A DNA stretch of 64,000 nt, from NCBI RefSeq assembly GCF_009914755.1, contig NC_060933.1; one strand, given 5' to 3'. This document shows positions 55,638-64,000 of this stretch, piece after piece. The stretch comes from the human T2T-CHM13v2.0 reference genome, Homo sapiens. The notes below the pieces were generated by a model. It saw only the letters and a program-made list of their open reading frames with translations. It ran no database searches and had not been told where the DNA came from. The position numbers and the translations under genes are program-made. Every line of letters begins with the position of its first letter. Positions within the stretch are counted from its first letter, which is position 1.

Positions 55638-58600
55638 TTCAACTCCCTTACTCTCCATTACATTCAATTCCATTCCATTACAATTCGTTCCATTCCATTC
55701 TATTCCGTACCATTCCATTCCATTCCATACCATTCCATTCCATTCCATTCCGTTCCATTCCGTTCCATTCCATTCCATTCCATTCTATTCGGATTAATTC
55801 CATTCCATTCCATTCCATTCCATTCCATTCTATTCCATTCCATTGCAATCGAGTTGAAACCATTGCATTTCATTCCATTCAATTCCATTCCATTCCATTC
55901 CGGAAGATTCCATTCCATTGCATTCCATTCCATTCCATTCCCCTGCACTCGCGTTGTTTCCATTCCATTCCATTCCATTCCATTCTATTCCATTCCGTTC
56001 CGTTCCATTCCATTCCATTCCATTCCATTCCATTCCGTTCTGTTCCATTCCATTCCATTCCATTCTATTCGGGTTAATTCCATTCCATTCCATTCGATTG
56101 CAATCGAGTTGATTCCATTCCATTCCATTCCATTCCATTCCATTCCATTCCATTCCATTCCTTTCCATTCCATTACGGATGATTCCTTTCCATTGCATTC
56201 CATTCCATTCCATTCCCCTGCACTCGGGTTGATTCCATTCCATTCCATTACATTATATTCCGTTCCATTACATTCCATTCCATTCGGATTGATTCTATTC
56301 AATTCCCTAACACTTCATTACATTCCATTCCATTCCGGTAGTTTCCATTCCATTCCATTCCATTCCTCTCTATTCCATTGCACTCGGGTTGATTCCATTC
56401 CATTCCATTCCATTCCATTCCATTCCATTCCATTCCATTCCTTTCCATTCCATTCCATTCCATTGTACTCGGGTTGATTCCATTCCATTCCATTCCATTC
56501 CATTCCGTTCCAATCCATTCCATTACATTCGGATTGATTCTATTCAACTCCCTTACTCTCCATTACATTCGATTCCATTCGGGTTGTTCCATTCCATTCC
56601 ATTCCATTCCACTCCATTCCATTGCACTCGGGTTTATTCCATTCCATTCCATTCCATTCTGGAAGATTCCATTCCATTGCATTCCATTATATTCCATTCC
56701 CCTGCACTCGCGTTGATTTCATTCCATTCCATTCCATTCCATTCCATTCCATTCCATTCCTTTCCGTTCCATTCCATTCCATTCCATTCCATTCCATTCC
56801 ATTCCGTTCCGTTCCGTTCCGTTCCATTCCATTCCATTCCATTCTATTCGGGTTAATTCCTTTCCATTCCATTCGATTGCAATCGAGTTGATTCCATTCC
56901 ATTCCATTCCATTCCATTCCATTCCATTCCATTCCTTTCCATTCCATTACGGATGATTCCATTCCATTGCATTCCATTCCATTCCATTCCCCTGTACTCG
57001 GGTTGATTCCATTCCATTCCGTTTCAATCCATGCCATTCCACTCGTGTTGATTCCATTCTTTCCTTTCCATTCAAGTTGAATCCATTCCATTGCATTCCA
57101 TTCCATTCGATTCCATTCGATTGCACTCGGGTTGATTCCATTCCATTGCATTCCATTCCATTCCATTCCATTCCATTCCGTTCCATTCCATTTCATTACA
57201 TTCACATTGATTCTATTCAATTCCCTTACACTCCATTCTATTCCGACCCATTCTGGTTGTCTCCATTCCATTCCATTCCATTTCACTCCATTCCATTGCA
57301 CTCTGGTTGATTCCATTCCATTCCATTCCATTCCATTCCATTCCATTCCATTCCATTCCATTCCGGATGATTCCATTCCATTGCATTCCATTCCATTCCA
57401 TTCCCCTGCACTCGGGTTTATTCCATTCCATTCCACTCCATTCCGTTCCATTCCATTCCATTCCATTGTATTCGGGTTAATTCCTTTCCATTCCATTCCA
57501 TTCCATTCCATTCCATTTCATTACAATCGAGTTGATTCCATTCCATTCCATTCCATTCCAGTCCTTTCAATTCCATTCCACTCGGGTTGATTCCATTCTA
57601 TTAGTTTCCATTCCATTCCATTCCCTTTCATTCCACTCTGGTTGATTCCATTCCTTTGCATTCCACTCGAATACATTCCCTCCTATTCCACTTGGAATGA
57701 TTCCATTCCATTCCTTTCCATTCCATTCCATTCCATTCCATTTCGTTCCATTCCATTCTATTCCGTATCATTCCATTCCATTCCATTCCATTCCATTCCA
57801 TTCCATTCCATTCCATTGCATTCCATTCCATTCCATTCCGGATGATTCCATTCCATTGCATTCCATTCCATACCATTCCCCTGCACTCGGGTTGATTCCA
57901 TTCCATTCCATTCCATTACATTCCGTTCCATTCCATTCCATTCCATTCGGATTGATTCTATTCAATTGCCTTACACTCCATTACATTCCATTCCATTCGG
58001 GTAGTTTCCATTCCATTCCATTCCATTCCTCTCCATTCCATTGCACTCGGGTTGATTCCATTCCATTGCATTCCATTCCATTCCATTCCATTCCATTCCA
58101 TTCCATTCCATTCCATTCCATTCCATTCCATTCCGTTCCATTGTACTCGTGTTGATTCCATTCCATTGCATTCCATTCCATTCCATTCCATTCCATTCCA
58201 TTCCGTTCCATTCCATTACATTCGGATTGATTCTATTCATCTCCATTACTCTCCATTATATTCCATTCCATTCGGGTTGTTCCATTCCATTCCATTCCAT
58301 TCCACTCCATTCCATTGCACTCGGGATGATTCCATTGGATTCCATTCCATTCCATTCCATTCCATTCCATTCCGGATGATTCCATTCCATTGCATTCCGT
58401 TCCATTACATTCCCCTGCACTCTGGTTGATTCCATTCCATTCCATTCCATTCCATTCCATTCCATTCCACTCCAATTCTTTCCATTCCATTCTATTCCGT
58501 ACCATTCCATTCCATTCCATACAATTCCAGTCGATTCCATTCCAGTCCGTTCCATTCCGTTCCGTTCCGTTCCTTTCCGTTCCATTCCATTCCATTCCAT

Positions 58601-61600
58601 TCTATTCGGTTTAATTCCATTCCATTCCATTCCATTCCATTCTATTCCGTTGCATTGCAATCGAGTTGAATCCATTGCATTCCATTCCATTCCATTCCAT
58701 TCCATTCCATTCCATTCCATTCCGGAAGATTCCATTCCATTGCATTCCATTCCATTCCATTCCATTCCATTCCATTCAATTCCATTCCATTCCATTCCTT
58801 TGTACTCGGGTTGATTCCATTCCATTGCATTCCATTCCATTCCATTCCTTTCCATCCCATTCCATCACATTCGGATTGATTCTTTCAACTCCCTTACACT
58901 CCATTACATTCCATTCCATTCGGGTAGTTTCCATTCCATTCCATTCCATTCCTCTCCATTCCATTGCACTCGGGTTGATTCCATTCCATTGCATTCCATT
59001 CCATACCATTCAATTGCATTCCTTTCCATTCCATTCCATTACATTCGGATTGATTCTATTCAACTCCCTTACTCTCCATTACATTCGATTCCATTCGGGT
59101 TGTTCCATTCCATTCCATTCCATTCCACTCCATTCCATTGCACTCGGGTTGATTCCATTCCATTCCATTCCATTCCGGAAGATTCCATTCCATTCCATTC
59201 CATTCCATTCCACTCCATTCCAGTCCTTTCCATTCCATTCCACTCGGGTTGATTCCATTCTATTCCATTCCATTCCATTCCATTCCATTCCATTCCATTC
59301 CATTCCGGATGATTCCATTCCATTGCATTCCATTCCATTACATTCCCCTGCACGCGGGTTGATTCCATTCCATTCCATTCCATTCCATTCGATTCCATTC
59401 CATTCCAATTCTTTCCATTCCATTCTATTCCGTACCATGCCATTCCATTCCATACAATTCCATTCCATTCCATTCCACTCTGTTCCGTTCCATTCCGTTC
59501 CGTTCCATTCCATTCCATTCCATTCTATTCGGGTTAATTCCATTCCATTCCATTCGATTGTAATCGAGTTGATTCCATTCCATTCCATTCCATTCCATTC
59601 CATTCCTTTCCATTCCATTACGGATGATTCCATTCCATTGCATTCCATTCCATTCCATTCCCCTGTACTCGGGTTGATTCCATTCCATTCCATTCCAATC
59701 CATGCCATTCCACTCGTGTTGATTCCATTCTTTGCATTCCATTCAAGTTGAATCCATTCCATTGCGTTCCATTCCATTCGATTCCATTCGATTGCACTCG
59801 GGTTGATTCCATTCCATTGCATTCCATTCCATTCCATTCCATTCCATTGCATTCCGTTCCATTCCATTTCATTACATTCGGATTGATTCTATTCATTTCC
59901 CTTACACTCCATTATATTGCAATCCATTCTGGTTGTTTCCATTCCGTTCCATTCCATTTCACTCGTGTTGATTCCTTTCCTTTCCATTCCATTCGGTTTG
60001 AAGCCATTCCATTCCATTCAATTCCACTCCATTCCATTCCATTCCATTCCATTCCATTCCATTCCATTCCATTCCATTCCATTCCATTGTACTCGGGTTG
60101 ATTCCATTCCATTGCATTCCATTCCGTTCCATTCCATTCCATTACATTCGGATTGATTCTATACAACTCCGTTACTCTCCATTACATTCCATTCCATTCG
60201 GGTTCTTCCATTCCATTCCATTCCATTCCACTCCATTCCATTGCACTCGGGTTGATTCCATTCCATTCCATTCCATTCCATTCCATTCCATTCCGGATGA
60301 TTCCATTCCATTGCATTCCGTTCCGTTACATTCTCCTGCACTCGGGTTGATTCCATTCCATTCCATTCCATTCCATACCATTCCATTCCATTCCATTCCA
60401 TTCCATTCCATTCCATTAAATTCCATTCCATTCCATTCCATTCCATTCCATTCCGGATGATTCCATTCCATTGCATTCCATTCCATTCCATTCCCCTGTA
60501 CTCGGGTTGATTCCATTCCATTCCATTCCAATCCATGCGATTCCACTCGTGTTGATTCCATTCTTTCCATTCCATTCAAGTTGAATCCATTCCATTGCAT
60601 TCCATTCCATTCCATTCCCCTGCAGTCGGGTTGATTCCATTCCATTCCATTCCATTCCATTCCATTCCATTCCGTTCCATTCCATTCCATTCCATTCTAT
60701 TCGGCTTAATTCCATTCCATTCCATTCCATTCCATTCCATTCCATTGCAATCGAGTTGATTCCATTCCATTCCTTTCCATTCCATTCCATTGCCTTGCAT
60801 TCCACTCGGGTTGATTCCATTCCCTTCTTCCCACTCCATTACATTCCCTTCCATTCCACTCGGAATGATTGATTCCATTCCATTCCATTCCATTTCATTC
60901 CATTGCAATCCATTCCAATCCATTCCATTCCATTCCATTCCACTCGAGTTGACTTCATTCCATTCCTTTCCATTCCATTCCATTCCTTTCCACTCGAGTT
61001 GATTCCATTCCATTCCATTGCATTCCATTCCATGCCATTCCACTCGGGTTGATTCCATTCCTTTGCATTCCATTCCATTCCATTCCATTCCATTCCATTC
61101 CATTCCGTTGCATTCCATTCCATTACATTCGGATTGATTCTATTCAACTCCCTTACTGTCCATTACATTCCATTCCATTCGGGTTGTTCCATTCCATTCC
61201 ATTCCATTCCACTCCATTCCATTGCACTCGGGTTGATTCCATTCCATTCCATTCCATTCCATTCCATTCCGGATGATGCCATTCCATTGCATTCCGTTCC
61301 ATTACATTCCCCTGCACTCGCGTTGATTCCATTCCATTCCATTCCATTCCATTCAATTCCATTCCATTACAATTCGTTCCATTCCATTCTATTCCGTACC
61401 ATTCCATTCCATTCCATACCATTCCATTCCATTCCATTCCATTCCATTCCGTTCCGTTCCATTCCGTTCCATTCCGTTCCATTCCATTCCATTCTATTCG
61501 GGTTAATTCCATTCCATTCCATTCCATTCCATTCCACTCCATTCCATTGCACTCGGGTTGATTCCTTTCCTTTGCATTCCATTCCATTCCATTCCATTCT

Positions 61601-64000
61601 ATTCCATTGCGGATGATTCCATTCCATTGCATTCCGTTCCATTACATTCCACTGCACTCGGGTTGATTCCATTCCATTCCATTCCATTCCATTCCAATTC
61701 GTTCCTTTCCATTCTATTCCGCACCATTCCATTCCATTCCATACCATTCCATTCCATTCCATTCCATTCCATTCCATTAAATTCCATTCCTTTCCATTGC
61801 ATTCAATTACATTCGGATAGATTCCATTCAATTCCCTTACACTCCATTATATTCCATTCCGTTCGGGTTGTTTACATTCCATTCCATTCCATTCCACTCC
61901 ATTCCTTTGCACTCGGGTTGATTCCATTCCATTCCATTCCATTGCGGATGATTCCATTCCCTTGCATTCCGTTCCATTACATTCCCCTGCACTCGGGTTG
62001 ATTCCATTCCATTCCATTCGATTCCATTCCATTCCAATTCGTTCCATTCCATTCTATTCCGTACCATTCCATTCCATTCCATACCATTCCATTCCATTCC
62101 ATTGCATTCCATTCCATTCCGTTCCATTCCATTCAATTCTCCTGCACTCGGGTTGATTCCATTCCATTCCACTCCATTCCGTTCCATTCCATTCCATTCC
62201 ATTGTATTCGGGTTAATTCCATTCCATTCCATTCCATTCCATTCCATTCCATTACAATCGAGTTGATTCCATTCCATTCCATTCCATTCCATTCCATTCC
62301 ATTCCAGTCCTTTCCATTCCATTCCACTCGGGTTGATTCCATTCTATTAGTTTCCATTCCATTCCATTCCCTTCCATTCCACTCTGGTTGATTCCATTCC
62401 TTTCCATTCCACTCGAATACATTCCCTCCTATTCCACTCGGAACGATTCCATTCCATTCCATTCCATTCCATTCCATTCCATTCCATTCCATTTCGTTCC
62501 ATTCCATTCTATTCCGTATCATTCCATTCCATTCCATTCCATTCCATTCCATTCCATTCCATTGTACTCGGGTTGATTCCATTCCATTGCATTGCATTCC
62601 ATTCCATTCCATTCCATTCCATTCGGTTGCATTCCATTCCATTACATTCGGATTGATTCTATTCAACTCCATTACTCTCCATTACATTCCATTCCATTCG
62701 GGTTGGTCCATTCCATTCCATTCCATTCCACTCCATTCCATTGCACTCGGGTTGATTCCATTCCATTCCATTCCATTCCATTCCATTCCATCCCGGATGA
62801 TTCCATTCCATTGCATTCCGTTCCATTACATTCCCCTGCACTCGCGTTGATTCCATTCCATTCCATTCCATTCCATTCAATTCCATTCCATTACAATTCA
62901 TTCCATTCCATTCTATTCCGTACCATTCCATTCCATTCCATACCATTCCATTCCATTCCATTCCATTTCATTCCGTTCCATTCCGTTCCATCCCATTCCA
63001 TTCCATTCTATTCGGGTTAATTCCATTCCATTCCATTCCATTCCATTCAATTCCATTCTATTCCAATCCATTGCAATCGAGTTGAATCCATTGCATTTCA
63101 TTCCATTCCATTCCGGAAGTTTCCATTCCATTGCCTTCCATTCCATTCCATTCCCCTGCACTCGCGTTGATTCCATTCCATTCCATTCCATTCCATTCCA
63201 TTCCGTTCCGTTCCGTTCCATTCCATTCCATTCCATTCCATTCCATTCCATTCCTTTCCATTCCATTACGGATGATTCCATTCCATTGCATTCCATTCCA
63301 TTCTATTCCCCTGTACTCGGGTTGATTCCATTCCATTCCATTCCAATCCATGCCATTCCACTCGTGTTGATTCCATTCTTTCCATTCCATTCAAGTTGAA
63401 TCCATTCCACTGCATTCCATTCCATTCGATTCCATTCGATTGCAGTCGGGTTGATTCCATTCCATTGCATTCCATTCTATTCCATTCCATTCCATTCCGT
63501 TCCATTCCATTCCATTACATTCGGTTTGATTCTATTCAATTCCCTTACACTCCATTACATTCCATTCCATTCGGGTAGTTTCCATTCCATTCCATTCCAT
63601 TCCTCTCCATTCCATTGCACTCGGGTTCATTCCATTCCATTGCATTCCATTCCATTCCATTCAATTCCATTCCGTTCCATTCCATTCCATTACATTCGGA
63701 TTGATTCTATTCAACTCCCTTACTCTCCATTACATTCCATTCCATTCGGGTTGTTCCATTCCATTCCATTCCATTCCACTCCATTCCACTCCATTCCATT
63801 GCACTCGGGTTTATTCCATTCCATTCCATTCCATTCCATTCCATTCCATTCCATTCCATTCCGGAAGATTCCATTCCATTGCATTCCATTCCATTCCATT
63901 CCCCTGCACTCGCGTTGATTCCATGCCATTCCATTCCATTCCATTCCATTCCATTCCTTTCCGTTCCATTCCATTCCATTGCATTCCATTCCAATGCTTT

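Larger units (their letters stand above)
1..64000. repeat. Classical satellite 3 (HSat3 / SatIII) array, (CATTC)n on +, (GGAAT)n on -; pericentromeric-type heterochromatin
   Basis: Every line is dominated by tandem ATTCC pentamers. The frequent interspersed ACTCGGGTTG/ATTCGGGTT decamer (reverse complement CAACCCGAGT) is the classical satellite 3 hallmark. The HSat2-type CATTCGATTC/GATGAT 23-26-bp periodicity is not dominant. No strand switch was seen. Confidence 0.97.

Noticed and set aside
1-64000. CRISPR-like repeat-spacer array formed by recurring signature motifs
   Set aside because: The intervening DNA is pentamer repeat rather than unique spacers, spacing is irregular, and there are no cas genes.
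1-64000. HSat2, alpha satellite/CENP-B boxes or telomeric repeat
   Set aside because: No dominant HSat2 23/26-mer, no 171-bp monomer and no TTAGGG array. ATTCGGGTTG only superficially resembles a CENP-B box, and TTAGGG occurs only as isolated chance variants (e.g. ~18150, ~25859).
1-64000. Inversions within the array
   Set aside because: No GGAAT-run segment was seen on the + strand; orientation is uniform.
1-64000. EWS-FLI1 GGAA microsatellite or G-quadruplex/i-motif array
   Set aside because: The repeat is the pentamer GGAAT, not tandem GGAA, and G3+ tracts are too sparse for canonical G4.

Overview
The whole 64 kb is one single-orientation array of primate (most likely human) classical satellite 3 (HSat3/SatIII). 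The + strand carries (CATTC)n and the - strand (GGAAT)n, punctuated by the diagnostic 10-mer A(C/T)TCGGGTTG. I found no credible genes, RNA genes, transposons or CRISPR arrays. All ORFs in the track are translations of the pentamer: (IPFHS)n on +, (WNGME)n on -. The information lies in how variant pentamers are arranged. (i) 1-9551 holds three near-identical copies of a ~3.2-kb higher-order repeat (3190/3211/3150 bp), which end at about 9.6-9.9 kb. (ii) The rest is an older, diverged patchwork built on a ~2.6-2.7-kb unit, with tandem and dispersed duplications at offsets of 40 bp to ~45 kb and a possible ~10-kb super-period. (iii) Recurrent variant islands create perfect heat-shock elements (nTTCnnGAAnnTTCn) and short palindromes in a background of TEAD-type CATTCC motifs. 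All counts and alignments were made by eye and are approximate. I cannot assign chromosome or subfamily from sequence alone, and I do not claim a new biological system; the findings are structural observations and hypotheses.
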